Assembly: GCF_009914755.1 (NCBI RefSeq)
Contig: NC_060926.1
Origin: the human T2T-CHM13v2.0 reference genome, Homo sapiens
Reading direction: 5' to 3' (one strand)
Length of the DNA stretch: 64,000 nucleotides
Made by a program: the position numbers and the translations under genes. The notes under the pieces are model-generated. The model had not been told where the DNA came from and did no database searches. It was given only the letters and a program-made list of their open reading frames with translations. Position 1 is the stretch's first letter; each line of letters begins with the position of its first letter. This document shows, piece by piece, positions 31,674-46,321 of this stretch.

Positions 31674-32844
31674 TCAAGCAAATTGTCCAGAAATAATGAG
31701 CAACTCACTTAGGTCATTGAAATTTCCTCAATAGTTACAGCAAACTCAAGAGACAGAAGTGAACAGAGAATACATAGATTCAACCCATGCTTTCCTTGTA
31801 TCAGTAATTCCTCCTAAGAACTTTGAAAATTCTTTGACTATCAAACCTTTATCCTTCTTTATAATTAGGATGGTGTCTGCTTTTAAAGATCATATCTATG
31901 TTTGCATTTTGACAGGTTGTAACTGTTGCGGAAAAAAATTTCTGCACTGAGAGTTGTTCAATAAGAAAGATGCAGACAATATTTGGGTGAAAATTTTGCA
32001 GAACGGACCCAGTTGAGGAAGACTTTATTATGAGTCACCTGAGCTTCCTATAAACATGGGATCAAGGTCCAAACATGGAATCTTTTCTGAGTCTCCTGGT
32101 TTCTTTGAGATGCTTCTGCAAAAGGCATTTGGGAGGTGAAGGCCTGGAACCAGGAGTCAGAACCTCATACATTTGAAAACTAAAGACTTTTCTCCCAAAG
32201 CTGGCTTCCTGCTGATTGATATCAAGGTCATTCATTATGCAAGATCATTAGTCACATCACATTACCTCTGCAATCAGGCTTTCGATCATCAGTTTTAAAC
32301 TTGAAAAAAAAAAAAAGTACGTTTCTCAACAGGCCCAAATGAGATGGTAAATCTGCCTGGTGCATTATGCTTCTGTCATGTTTCTCATTCTTGTGCACTC
32401 TTTTCCATTCCTAGGGACACTACTCTGTTTTACGCCCTTGACGTTTCTTTTCCTGACAATTGTCACTGTGTTTTAATAGCTCATTCTGCCTCCAGGACCT
32501 CTGCCTTCTGGAGGAATCTCAAGTCCTGGTTGCCAGAGTCATCCACCTGGATCCTGTAAGTACTCCATGGAACCTGATGCTTAAACTCCTAACTCTTTTC
32601 TTTTCATCTGGCGTTAGATTATTTGTCTTTTTCTCAATATTTCTTCTTTAAATTTCAGTCTTAAAGGGGCATGGAACCAAAGTCTTGATGTCTGCATTCT
32701 TAAACCAGCTCAGCCACCAACACATAGTGTGACTTAAGATAAGACCCTTCCCTGCTCTCTGCTTTGATGCACAGAGAAAGGACAGAAACAATGACGTAAA
32801 GGTTCCTTGCAAAAACAAAAACAAAAAAATCTGTCATTCCATGA

Positions 32845-33151
<307 letters not shown>

Positions 33152-34136
33152 CATTCCATGAGTTTTAAGTGATGAAAGGAAATGTCCCTGCCTATCTGAA
33201 AAGCCTAAGCATTTCTCCTATCAGAGCTTTTGGAAATGTACGGCTCTGCATGAGACTATTATTATTTTTTTTCCCCTCCTAAATCACACATGTCTTGAGT
33301 GCAGGTGGAATGCATTCAGGGGGGAGGTCCATGGAGGCATTTCACAGACCATCCCTGCTCACAGCTTTGCATTTGCGAACTGTGCGGGCAACACTGGGAG
33401 AAAGAGTTTCTGACCATGCTTGCTCTCCTCTTATGGGCTGTAGAGGCGATCTCCATAATGGGAAACAGAAGAGACGGTGCTTGTCCAGCCTGTGGGTTGC
33501 CTTGGAAACGGCTGGTGGGGAGCCGGCTTTCCCTTCATTAATGGGGTCATACATTTACGGCTGATTTTCTCCTAGATCCCTCCTGCTACTTATGCCACTT
33601 AAAGAGACCCTAAAAAACCTTACCCTATTTGTAAAGAATGAAAGTGACATTTTGTCAGGGCTTCAGTGTTTAAAATCCTAACAGATAATGTGTGGTTTCG
33701 ATAGTAATGCCGATTCACAGAAACCTCTCAGGGGCACATGTTTCTGGTCTCCATGGATTCACAGGTTTTGTAATTATCTATTTTCTCCCTCTTTCATTCT
33801 TGTATCTTTTCCTTTTCTTCTTCATGTTCCACTGTCAAAGATGTCCTGCCACTTTGTCTGATCTCAGTACGATGATCAGGTTACTAGAATCCCTTCTGTG
33901 AGTTTAGGAAGTCACAAATGTCCAGATTTGCAAATTTAAAGAGCAATTTTTGCCCAACATAATAAATAAAAAGAGAAAATGAAATATATAAGAAGATGTT
34001 TTATAAATGGTGAAGCGTGATAGAGGTATGGAAAATTGTTATAATAAAAACCACTCAGAGTTTCTGCAATCCGACACCCTTTATTTTTCCACAATAGAAT
34101 TGTGGAATAGAAACCACTTTTTAAACTGAACATTTA

Positions 34137-34524
<388 letters not shown>

Positions 34525-35629
34525 TCACTTTTTTCTTTTTTTTTTTTTATATGGGAGTGACTGGCCCACGGAGCCTATCTGTGCCTGCTGGAGACAGCTG
34601 AGCGTTGCCCAGAAAAGCTTCCCTTAGAGCTGGTGCAGGGACAAGATGCAACTCTTAGGTTCCTCCCTTGGGGGACGGTGAGCATTTTACATGTGTCAAG
34701 AAGGAAGCCTACAGATGTCCCATGGCCTGAGAGGAGACTGTGGCAAAGACAGCGTACTAAGCCTGAAGCCATGCTAAGCTGGACTCATCCTTGGGAGGTG
34801 GTTTCTGAGCACAGTCTATATTTCCCAGCAGCCCTTGCAGCTGTGTGTTACCAGAATGATTGTTTAGGCTTCACAATGGATTCTAGGTGGAGCTGATGTA
34901 TATCTCTTTTTGAACCAGGTTGTAAGAAGCAGGAATCCACCACATACTCCCTTTCCTCTTCTGTTGACTTTGTGCAGGAAACAGCAAGTCTCTAGACATG
35001 ATGGGGTCACAGGATGGAAGGATGCTGCAATCCCCTCCACCCCAGCTCTCACACACAGCTGAGCAGGGCTGTTTCTGAAATAGGGTAATAGGGGCCTGGG
35101 GGCAGGGCTCTGGCTGCTTCTGAAACAAATGCTCTTTTTCTATGGGGTCTGCTGCCTCGTTGCCACTATCTCTGGTCATGGCTGCAAGCCGGACTCTCTC
35201 CAGCAAGTGAGACAGAGGTGGATTGAGGGAGGAGCCTGCTGCCACACCCTTCCTCTTTCAGATATGTTTGTTGATTTACTTGTTTGTTTTTCATCAGCAT
35301 TCCCCCAATTCATCTTTATGTTTTTTTGTTTTGTTTTTGTTTTTTGGTTTTTTGGTTTTTGTTTTTCTTTCCTCCTAAACCAGCCAGTTCCTACTGTTCA
35401 GGGCAGTCTTTCTGAAATGGCAAATCCCTCGTGTGCTGCTGTTTCTACAGACCTTTCTTTGACAGGGAGGGGACACAGATGGCCCAATTTACCAGTGAGG
35501 CTCTGAGGAAAGCCCAGGCTTGAGATGGGCTTTGAATGGTGGGTGCTGGTAAGAGGGGCAGCTTTCTAAACCAAAGACGTGCCTTGTGGAACAGAGAGAG
35601 AAAGTCACAGAAGAGCAACGAAGGGCAGA

Positions 35630-35900
35630 GGAAGACGGGTGCAAGCAGGGAAGGAGGGGAGGAAGGAAGGAGGAGGGAGGGGAGGATGGAGAGAGGAGGG
35701 AAGGGAGAAATAAAGGAGGAGGGAGGGAAGGACGGAGGGATGAGGGAGGGGAGAAGGGAGAGAGGAGAGAAGGAGAAAAGAAAAGAAGAGGGAGAGGAGG
35801 GGAGGAAAGAAGGAGGTTGCAGAGGAGGGAGCTGAGGCAGGGGAATAGTGCTTAGCTAGGAGGAAAGGAGCCTGGGAGGAAGAGATTGGGGGAAGAAGAA
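35630..35900. repeat. GA-rich polypurine low-complexity tract
   Basis: Near-pure G/A on the + strand. Confidence 0.9.
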
Positions 35901-36209
35901 GTGGTAAGGGAGAAATTTCTGTTTCCCACCTCCATCTGCACACATGCAGAGAGGTAATAATAAGAGAGTGTCGCAGAGACAGCGTTTCACTGCGCTGAGC
36001 ACACCTTGAGTCTGCCATGGCTTCATTAAGGGAGTGAAGAGGCTTGGTGACTGGGGGACTCCAGGTCACCGGCGATGGAGGGCCTGGTAGGGCTGGATTT
36101 TTCCATTCTTCTACACCTGTCATTTGTGTGACCTTCCAGGAGAAACAGTTAGCCAGGGCTGAATTAGGGCCAAGAAATTATGATATTATGTTAAGCAGCT
36201 GAGAGACTC

Positions 36210-36620
36210 ATCAGGTCCGGCTCCTCCGGAGGGAGGGGGGTTGCCGCCCCGGCCCTAGGCTGAACTGAGGCCAGGCCCCGTCAGTGGACAGTGAGGCACC
36301 ATGGGGCAAACCTCTCTTGCGAGCATGAGGAGGAGGCTAAGGATGGCCGGGCAGATGTGTCCTCCGGGTTTTTGAGCTAGAACGGTCCCTAGAGATCATC
36401 GGACCTGACACCAACTGCTGCTTTCTCCAGGAGACACATCTGCGGAGGCTCCGGGAGCTGGAGCCATTTCAGGGCCTGTGCAAAGACCATAGTCATGGCA
36501 GGGTCTGGGCTACACCGGGCTCCTCGGTCAATGCCATTTCCACCACCCATAACTGCTTCGGAGCACGCAGCATGCTACACGGGATTGAATTGCACGGAGG
36601 TAGTAGCAGGTCGGGGTGGT
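36210..36620. promoter_or_regulatory. CpG-enriched, GC-rich non-repeat patch; candidate enhancer or weak promoter
   Basis: 19 CpGs counted in ~400 bp versus a CpG-poor background; GC-box-like GCCGCCCC. Confidence 0.4.
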
Positions 36621-37573
36621 CTATTGTAAAGGGAAATGGTGGAAAATGGTGGGAACAGGGACCGACTCCCTGCAGGTGAGCAGGGCTGCTTGAGGCATCA
36701 GAGGAAGAACAGAAGAAGGATCCCATGTGACACGAGGAGAATGAGGATGAAGAGCTCTCTTGTAAAAGTGCTGGGTTGCGCTGACATCATGAGACAGAGA
36801 AGAACTAGGCCGACAGCCCTCATTAATTCCTTAATATCCCTCAGTCCTGGAGGATCTCCTGAGGAAAAATATTAGAAAAGTATGTGTAAACAATCCTAAT
36901 TCGTTGTTTTACAGTTTACAAGTTGAAGCACAATAAAACGTAGTTTCCATTTTATTTTAGAATTATAATTCACTTTGTAGTCAGACCTGTGTTCATATCC
37001 AGCAGGGAGTTTGAAGGATCACAGGCTTCGCCACCAGATGGATCCAGGTTTGAATCCAAGCCCCGCCACTTCTTAGATTTGGAGACAGCATTTTTCTTCA
37101 ATGTGCTTTAGTTTTGTCATTAATAAATGGGGAACTATTACTGCATATCACATACATGCTTAACTATTTGAACAAAAAAAAAACACGTAGGAAATTGTAC
37201 CTCCTTAATTCTGGGACATATGATCAATTCCCTCACATAACATCAGTTTTAGTTCAGGGAGTAATGGGTGCTTGCCTAACTGATGTCCAGCACTTTGCTG
37301 GATGATGGGAATATAAAATCACACCAAAGAGGTCCTTCCCCTCAAGAAAATGATGGTTGAGTGAAGCATTACAATCTATGTCTCTTTGACTTTCAGTGCT
37401 CTGTTTGAGAACAGGAATCCTACCTTTTAATCTATTTATTTCCAGAGCTTAGCAGTGTGAGTTTCAAAGTAAGTGCCTGGACATGGACTTCATGATGTGC
37501 CTTGACATGGTCACAAAAGGGCCACCAGGAAATGTTTTCCAATACAATTAATGTAGATAGAAGTGCAGAGGAG

Positions 37574-37934
<361 letters not shown>

Positions 37935-40900
37935 CTATGATGGGACCAGGATGAAGGGGAGAGAATGCATTCTGACACCCTCGTCCAACCAGCTCTGCTG
38001 AGCATGAGTTTTCTCCAATATATTTCCCATGGAATTTAGAGGTCAGTGAAAGTGAAATATGGTTTATAAAAGTAATATAGATCCATGGAATAAACCAGAT
38101 AATTCCAAAGCAAGATGAATCAATAATATTGCAGGGTCCCAGACCTAATTAATAAGGGAATGACTTTTCTCCAAAGGGCTTGGACTTTTGACTAAGGGCT
38201 TGGAAAGAAGTTTTAAAGTGTGGTGATACTGGTACCATTTTCTCTAGAAAAAATCATCAGTGAGGAGGAAAAACAACAATTCTTTGTTTCAGATGAAACA
38301 GAAACAATTTCTGATGTTTTATCAGAAATTGTTATCACCAATTGCTAAAAGATGTGATTTAGGTACTGTTTTAAAGGGATTATTTCTACAAAAATAATTT
38401 TAAAAACAAATATATTAATTCAACTAACAATTACTGATCACCTACTATATATTCATGTCTGTGGTAGGTGAAACATAAAAGACAAGATTTTTTTAAAAAA
38501 CCTATTTTAGTCTCACGGTGCTCACAGTTTAGAGAAAGAAATAGGCTTACAATAACAATAACCCATTTCCCCAGTTTAAAAAAAAGACACTGACTTCACG
38601 TGGCCCAGATGCCTTTCTGGGGGATCAGGAAGCTTATAGCAGAACTTACATTGAACTCCAGATTTCTATCAAAATCCCATGATTTTTCCACTTGACTGTA
38701 GTTTCCAAACATCAGTTGTTCATATACCACTTCACCATTTTGCCAGGTGTTGCACCTCCAGTGTGGTGTTTACTTAGTATCTATTATGCTGGATTTGTTC
38801 CCACATAAATATATTTCAGTAATTTACTGTCACAGCTATGATGGGGCATGTTCTTATGCTCCCTGAACTATCTCAGCTAACACTGGGGGTGTGTGCCATT
38901 CATTTGAGAGACACGCTGTCTACCATGCTGTTATCATGTTTGTAGAGAGAGCCAGAAATCTCTGGCTGGAGATGCTAAGACATCCCCAAGAGGAGTTCTG
39001 TCCTGACTGCTTATGAGTTGAGAGCATGTTGATTAGTTTAGCCATGAGGAGGAAAAAATGATCTGATAGAGAAGCAGGTATTGTGTTCTGTCTTGAAGAA
39101 TACGTAATTTATTGGATAGGAAGAATGAGGCAGTGGAGTGTGCTGAGGCACAGTGGGGAGCAGGGGAAAACAGTGGTAGTTGTTACTTTCAGGTGCCCGA
39201 GAACAAGAGGTCCAACAAGGAAGGCTGGAGTTGGAGAGTAGAATGGATTAGAGGCAAGTCTAAAAGGGGCTTTGAATGTCATGCTAAGAAATTTCAGTTT
39301 CCAGCAAATATTCGGGTCTGGGCTTTTTCGAAAAAAAAAAATTCATAGAATCATCCCTTTTAGAATAAGAAGTTAGATCATTAGTAAAGAAAGTGAGGGT
39401 CAGAGAAAGGAATTGATTTGCCCTTGGTAACCCAGGATATTGGTAATAGATGATCTGAAAAGTAGGGCTCTGCTTCTTAACTTGCTACTCTTTATGCTAC
39501 CTTTAGCTGTTTCCGATATTTATTACTTAGCAGAGCATTGCTGATTGAAAGATTGGGTTGAATTGGAGATGGGTTCATTAGAAAGCGTCAGGTGCAGGTC
39601 CTGTGGACACACGGGAGGAACAACCACCTTTCTACTGTGAGCTGAGATGCTTCCCAGAGACGATGACACAGATGCTGGGTTTTGCTGCAGAAGGTGCTGA
39701 ACAGGAAGACATAAATGAGGAGAGACGTGAGGCATAGCCTCAGGAGGCGCTGGTGTACTAAGAGCTGGTGATTGCTGGAGGCCAGGGAGCATACTTGAAG
39801 GTTGGATCTAGACCCTGGCTGTCCATAGCCATAGCTCACTAGGGCAAATAAATCTGCTTTTCAGATGTTGCTGTTAAAGCCAACGATGACAAAAATGCAA
39901 GCCAGTATGTAAAGTGAGAAGAATTTAGAAGGCTTCCTTAACCTCAATGTGGTCAGGTCAGCAGTGACTTCCATAGGGCAGTGGCCATTTTTTACCACAC
40001 TCCCCTTTTCCTCTGCATGGATACTAGTGCAAGCCTGTGTTTTCCCACACACACTTGCCAGCAGAGCTTCCTAAGCTTTGGAGATGTTGCTTCCCTGCCT
40101 GAAATATTTCAGCGGCTTTCTGCTTCTCCCAGTAAAAAATGTACAGACTGTGTAACATGGTTTAAAAGACCCCTTGCCCCGGGATTTACCCCTTCTCTGT
40201 CTCATTTCCCAGCTCATCCTGCCAGGGGACTTTTTCCCTCCCTCCAACATGGATTCCCCATTCTTTATGTCTACATTCCTCACTTTTCACTTGAGCATCC
40301 ACCTGCCTTGACTCCCCAGGTAGGAGGTTCCATTAGACATGGATTGAGGAATAGAACTTGACCCATGGCTGGTCATCAGAGCCAATATCCATGCTCATTC
40401 CACTCCAACCTTTACTGGAGAAGAGAATCAGCTCTCAACAGCATTACTGAGCTCGTGTGGATACTTCCCATCTCTAGCAATGAGAAGGAAGCTCGTGTCT
40501 TCATAAGAACTACATTTCACCATTGGAAGACTGGAACAATCAAAATGTCCTGGTATGGATTCAGCTTCCTGAAATTTCTACCCATTGTTTCTAGTATCTT
40601 ATGTCCAGGTATTCTTTGTTCATCCAAGAGACAATTTCTGTCTATGCTGTCTGCATAGACATTACATTAGGTTTCGGGGGAGCAGAGCGAGCTCCAATGT
40701 CCTCTCCTAAGGAGCTGAAGAACTCAAGGGTAAGATAGATGTATAAACCCAAACCCAAAGTCTCTGCGTGTGGTGACTAAGCACAAGACACGGCTGACTC
40801 ATGCGCCTTCACAGAAATGAGGCCTGGTGTTCAGCAACCTGTGGGGGTTTTCCGGAAAGAATATAAAACAGGAGCTGTTTTAGAGGGAACTATGCGTATG

Positions 40901-41286
40901 AAAGCTTGAAACAATTAACTCCCTGAATGTTCAGAGACCACTGAGAAGTTCTAAGTAACTGAAGCAGAGGAGCTTAAAGGCTGAAGGCTGGTAGAGGGGC
41001 ACTCATGAGGACTGACGGACGGCAAAAGGCGGTGCTGGATGTGCCACTTGGGCACAGACGACCGAGCGTAGTTGCCGTGCCATAGAGCAGTACTTTTAAA
41101 ATTGTAGGTGCCTGGACCCCATGCCAGAGCTTCCTAATGTTGGAGGGCTCAGAGTTCACCTGGGCAGCCAAAACCTTAAAAAGTCTCAGATGATTCTGGT
41201 GTGTACCCCCAAATGATAACCTTTATAGTAGGCAAAGATTTTAAGAGGAAAAGCAAAAAGTGACATAATTAGAATTTTATACTTTG

Positions 41287-41579
41287 GGCTGGGCACAGTG
41301 GCTCACACCTGTAATCCCAGCACTTTGGGAGGCCGAGGTGGGCAGAACCCTTGAGGTCAGGAGTTCAAGACCAGCCTGGCCAACATGGTGGAACACCATC
41401 TCTACTAAAAATACAAAAATTAGTCCAGCGTGATGGCAGGAGGCTGTAATCCCAGCTATTCCAGAGGCTGAGGCTCGAGGATCACTTAAACTGGGAGCTG
41501 GAGGTTGCAGTGAGCTGAGATCACACCACTGCACTCCAGCCTGGGCAGCAGAGCAAGACTCAGTCTCAAAAGAAAAAAA
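41287..41579 (+). mobile_element. AluS (Sz-like) without a recognisable local TSD
   Basis: Full dimeric Alu; 3' flank matches 39795-39820 instead of its own 5' flank. Confidence 0.93.
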
Positions 41580-43961
41580 GGTTGAAGGTTGGATCTAGAC
41601 CCTGGCTTTTTATGCTTCTCAGCTCCTCGACATCTAGTACCAGCTTCCCCACCCCTCGCCCCTGGCAACACACACACATGAGGTCCTTTAATGATAGCTG
41701 AATTTTTTGTCTGAGATTTTATTGTACTCTTTAGTTAAGAGATACTGCGTCAAGTATTTTAGAGGTTAATAAAGTGAAAAAACATCAAAGCTTGTGAATG
41801 AGTCCAGGTGAGGAAGCCCACCTTGCTCTCTTATCCTGGTGCAGGGAACCTGCTTCATGCCACAGATTCTTGAACCCCCTTTTGTTGTTTAACAAATTTT
41901 AGCTTTATTTTATAGGAAATAATACAGGTTGCAGAAAAATTCTGAGAATAGGTAAGTGAACAGTGCTACAAGGACTGATTACTGTAGTTAGATGCTCCAT
42001 AAATCTGTCATTTGAAGACAATAAGAACATCTTGTAAATAAATTGAGAATCTGATGGAACAGGCATTTGCAAAGGAGGGGGATGTGGATAGGTGTGGGTT
42101 ACAAGATGGCATGCTTTCATAATGATCTGCCTTGCAGCGTAATATTCACAAAACACTAGTGAACACTTGGAGATCCCTGTGAGGGGCTGCCTAGTTTAAA
42201 CTGCTACATGATAATTTAATAACAGGTTAACAACACTATAGGAATGTTTTGGGTTCTCAGAATGCCGATACATTCTTCTGCCCCTTCTTAAGGTGCTTGG
42301 TGTATACCTCGTCCCTAGAAAGGGACTTGTGTATTGGTAAAGGCTGCCCATAGAAAGTTCTCAGAAAAGCAGTTTTCTCTGAATTCAATGGGATATTTAC
42401 ATCTCTTCTTAGAAATGTCTAAGGATTTAGATTATATTTCTTGAAATCTTTTTGCGAATATCTTTTTTCAGTCTGACTTTTGCAATACTCAGAATATACT
42501 AATTTTTTCCCTCTTTATTCAGTGGGCCAGAAATAAGTGGATCAGATGTGAAACAGAAAAGAAAAAGTGCATGTCTTTCTGGAAAAAAAAGTGCATGTCG
42601 TTCTGCGTGTGTGCATGCACACACACATGGTGGGGGTGGTACTTAGCATGGAGCGGGCAATACTTTGGTCTTGCCATATGGCTTATTTGCAAATATAGAT
42701 TGTAGAAACTTAACCACACTAAATTAGGCATCTGTGCTTGACAATATTGCCTGAAGTTAGGCTTTCAAAATGCAGATAATCATATTAATGCTTTTACAAT
42801 GAGGCTTTTCCTTTGGGTCTGGGGCTTAGTGAGTGGCATTCTGAGCTCTGTTCTTTGGTTCTTGTCTATGACCGTGCCTCCCACTTGTTCAGAGTTCTGG
42901 AGAACCTGGGGTCATGTTTTGTCATCTCTTCCACAAAGGTCAAATGTGAGCCCTTATTTTCTGGACACCACTCAAGTGCCTATGGGATTGTATTTTATAT
43001 GTAATTGTAACTGAAAAATTCTATCCTGGGAAAGGGAAAGGATGAAGCCTATTCCAAAAACATGCAACGTCCCAGGGATATGATGTTGTTCAAATGACAT
43101 GTTGCTTGGAATCCATCTTCACTCTAATTCAGGAATAAGAATTATGGCATTTTCACAGTTTTACTCAAGAATGCAGATTCTTAATAAAGTGTGCTTTGGG
43201 GCAGAGGCTTTTATTTTCCTTTTATGTGTAACTAGTGCTGATGCAATGTCTCTAGGATGAAATTTAAACTAGTATTATAATCACAAATCACAGCATAGGA
43301 CGTCTGTTTGTTTGTTTGGTCGAAGTCAACACAGTGTCCTGTTCAGATCATCTGAAAGCATTAGTGCTGCTTTTCTGAGCTGAGAGTAGAACCATTTGCT
43401 GCCCTTTAATCAAGTCCCCTGCCATGTGTGTATACTTGCCTTTGGAAGATTGGGCTTATCTGTGTTTTCAGTAGTGTTTCCTTGGAGATAAGTAGGGCAC
43501 ACACCTTAATAACAGGGTACTGCATATTCCAGGCATCTGAAGACACATGCCACACATACCAGGAAATAAATCACATGTCACACTTCATTCTCAAAAAACC
43601 CACAGCTCCATCATCACCAAGGGCATAGCAGATACCTGACGGGACTTATTAGACATCCATAGGCAGAAAGCCTCCAGCAGGTGGGTCCAGAGTAGCAGCT
43701 GGCCCTCTGCATATGCTAATCGAAGATGGAAATTTAAGTGTCCAGCAACTGGCTTTGCTTTAAAAAGCCTTGGATTTTACGTGGGTGGTTGGTTAACTAG
43801 TGGAGCACATTTGAGACTTCATAACAATGTAAGAGTGGCCAACACTCCTGAGAGTATATGGGGTTTAGTATGTACTGTGGTGACTTAGAGATATAATGTG
43901 TTTACTCCAAATATTCTCTAGTGCTTCCTGAGCTCATAACAAACCTGTAAAGGTCATTTTT

Positions 43962-43997
43962 CTACACTTGTTCTTAGCCAAAAGGCGAAGAAGGGAT
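43962..43997 (-). pseudogene. U2 snRNA 5' fragment (nt 1-36), tailless retropseudogene
   Basis: Reverse complement ATCCCTTCTTCGCCTTTTGGCTAAGAACAAGTGTAG is 32/36 identical to U2 ATCGCTTCTCGGCCTTTTGGCTAAGATCAAGTGTAG; flanking repeats AAGGTCATTTTTCTA / AAGATATTTTTCTA. Confidence 0.88.
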
Positions 43998-44101
43998 CAA
44001 GATATTTTTCTAAATCCCCATTTTACAGAAGAAAGTGAGGCTCAGATAGGAAAAGTAACTGGCTCATGGCAAAAAGCCAGAAAGTAGCAGAGAGAGTATT
44101 T

Positions 44102-44444
<343 letters not shown>

Positions 44445-45209
44445 GAGAGAGTGTTTAAATCCAGAGATTTGTGACATTTAGTCCAGAACTGTTTGTGCTA
44501 TGTCATGCTACACAAGACTTTTCTCCAAGCAGAAGGCTCAACTCAGCACCAGTTCCCAAAACTCATGGGCAGGAACTCAGCCCCCATTTCATCAGGACAA
44601 TCAGCCTCATGGGGGCACCCAGAAAGCACCTCTCCCCTCTGCCTAACACAGTGAATGGCTCTGGGCCATGAACCTCACTGGTTTGGCCTGGCCATGGAAG
44701 TCCTGAGAAGCTAAGATCAAGGACCAGATGGCTCTCACTTTATGCCTGAAACTTGCACAACTGCAAAATGAGGACACTGGCCTGGCCAGCTTTTAATGAA
44801 CAGCCTGCTCTTCAAAGGACGTAACAGTGGTAAAGGCTTTTTAGCTCTCAGCCACCATGTGCCTGGGGCTGTAGAAAATCTATACTGAATGAAATTAATT
44901 GAAAGAAAACAAAGTAACCTTTTATTAATTGCCTCTGGCACAGATAGTGGAGTGATAGGGTGAAGATACATTTGTCTTTGTCCATAAACTTCTCCTGTTT
45001 GTAATATCCTCCATCCATCTCACTCACCTCTCTTCACCCTTCAAGCTCAGCAACATTAACTAGTTTCTCCATGAGCTCAATCTACACTGGTATCTCCTGC
45101 CTCTAAAAATCTGCTCTCATGTTAACATTTAATTTAGAATTTATTTCATCTTTAGTAGTTTATGTCCTATGTTCTTATCCAGCTTTAGAAGTTCCACAAA
45201 GTTAGAGAT

Positions 45210-45256
45210 TTATGTATTTGTATGTATGTGTGTATGTATGTATGTATGTGTGTATT
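45210..45256. repeat. (TATG)n microsatellite
   Basis: Directly visible, imperfect. Confidence 0.8.
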
Positions 45257-46321
45257 TCACTTCATTTGGTTTTAGCTTCTTACCACAGTATAAGCAATAG
45301 GATTAAGCTCATAACCAAGATGCAGTATATATATAGGCTAATGAGGTAATTCCTCCATAGCTTTAATACTGAGTCATCCTCTGTCCCCACCACCACCATT
45401 TGTCTCAGGATTTTCTGATGATGATATCAGAGTAACAGATTTCTATGGAAAAAAATATTTGTTTCAAACTTAATTAATACTTGAATTTGGACAGCAATTC
45501 CATTCTTGACAATAAAAACTAAAATGTATACTTATAGTATCCAACTAATCACAACTAAAAAGTGGTAGTTACTTGCACAGGAAACTTCAGCTCAGTAGAC
45601 CTGCTTTGAGATGACACATGGCTGACCTGTCCCAAGGTAGCTTTTCCCAAATTTATCCACCTATCCTCCCATCCCTCCATCCTTCCATCCATCCATCCAT
45701 TTCATCCACCACCCAAAATCCATCCTACATTTAGTCATTCAGCAAATGTCTATGCAACAGTTATTTTATGCCTGACTGTGTCCTAGATGCTGGGGATGGA
45801 GCGACGAAAATGCTGGATAAAAAGTATGTTCTAATAAACGAAAAATGTAGTGGGGCTAAGAGAAAAAGTGAAAAGACAAACCATATAAATAAACCAGAAA
45901 AATGTCCAGTAGCAATAGCTGCTCTGCAGTTAATACAAATAGGATACGCATTCCTATTGACTGGGTAACGCCTTTAGACTGGTAGGTCAGGAAGGCCTCT
46001 CTGAGGAGGTAACATTTAAGCTGAGATAAGAAGGTTAAGAATCAAGTGTGCACTGGTTAGGGACTGATCCTCCCAGGTAAAAGCAAAAAGCCAATGCAAA
46101 TGTCTTGTACAAGGAAGGAGCTTGGTGTTTTCAGGTAACAAAAAGAAAGCCAGTGAGCCTGGAATGGGAGGTGCAGGGAGGGAGGCTGCTGCTGAAGAGC
46201 TCGGAGAGCTTGTCCAGGCCCCAGCAGGAAGGCTTTCATGCACCATGCTAGGGAATTTGGATTTTATTCTTTGCAGGGTGGGAAGAAATGGAAGGTTTGA
46301 TGCTTTAAGCAAAGCTGTGTG

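Noticed and set aside
35536-36123. 172-aa, 99-aa and 89-aa ORFs
   Set aside because: Stop-poor frames of the GA-rich tract
37028-37046. CTCF-like CGCCACCAGATGGAT
   Set aside because: Imperfect 3' end and in MIR-like sequence; single weak motif
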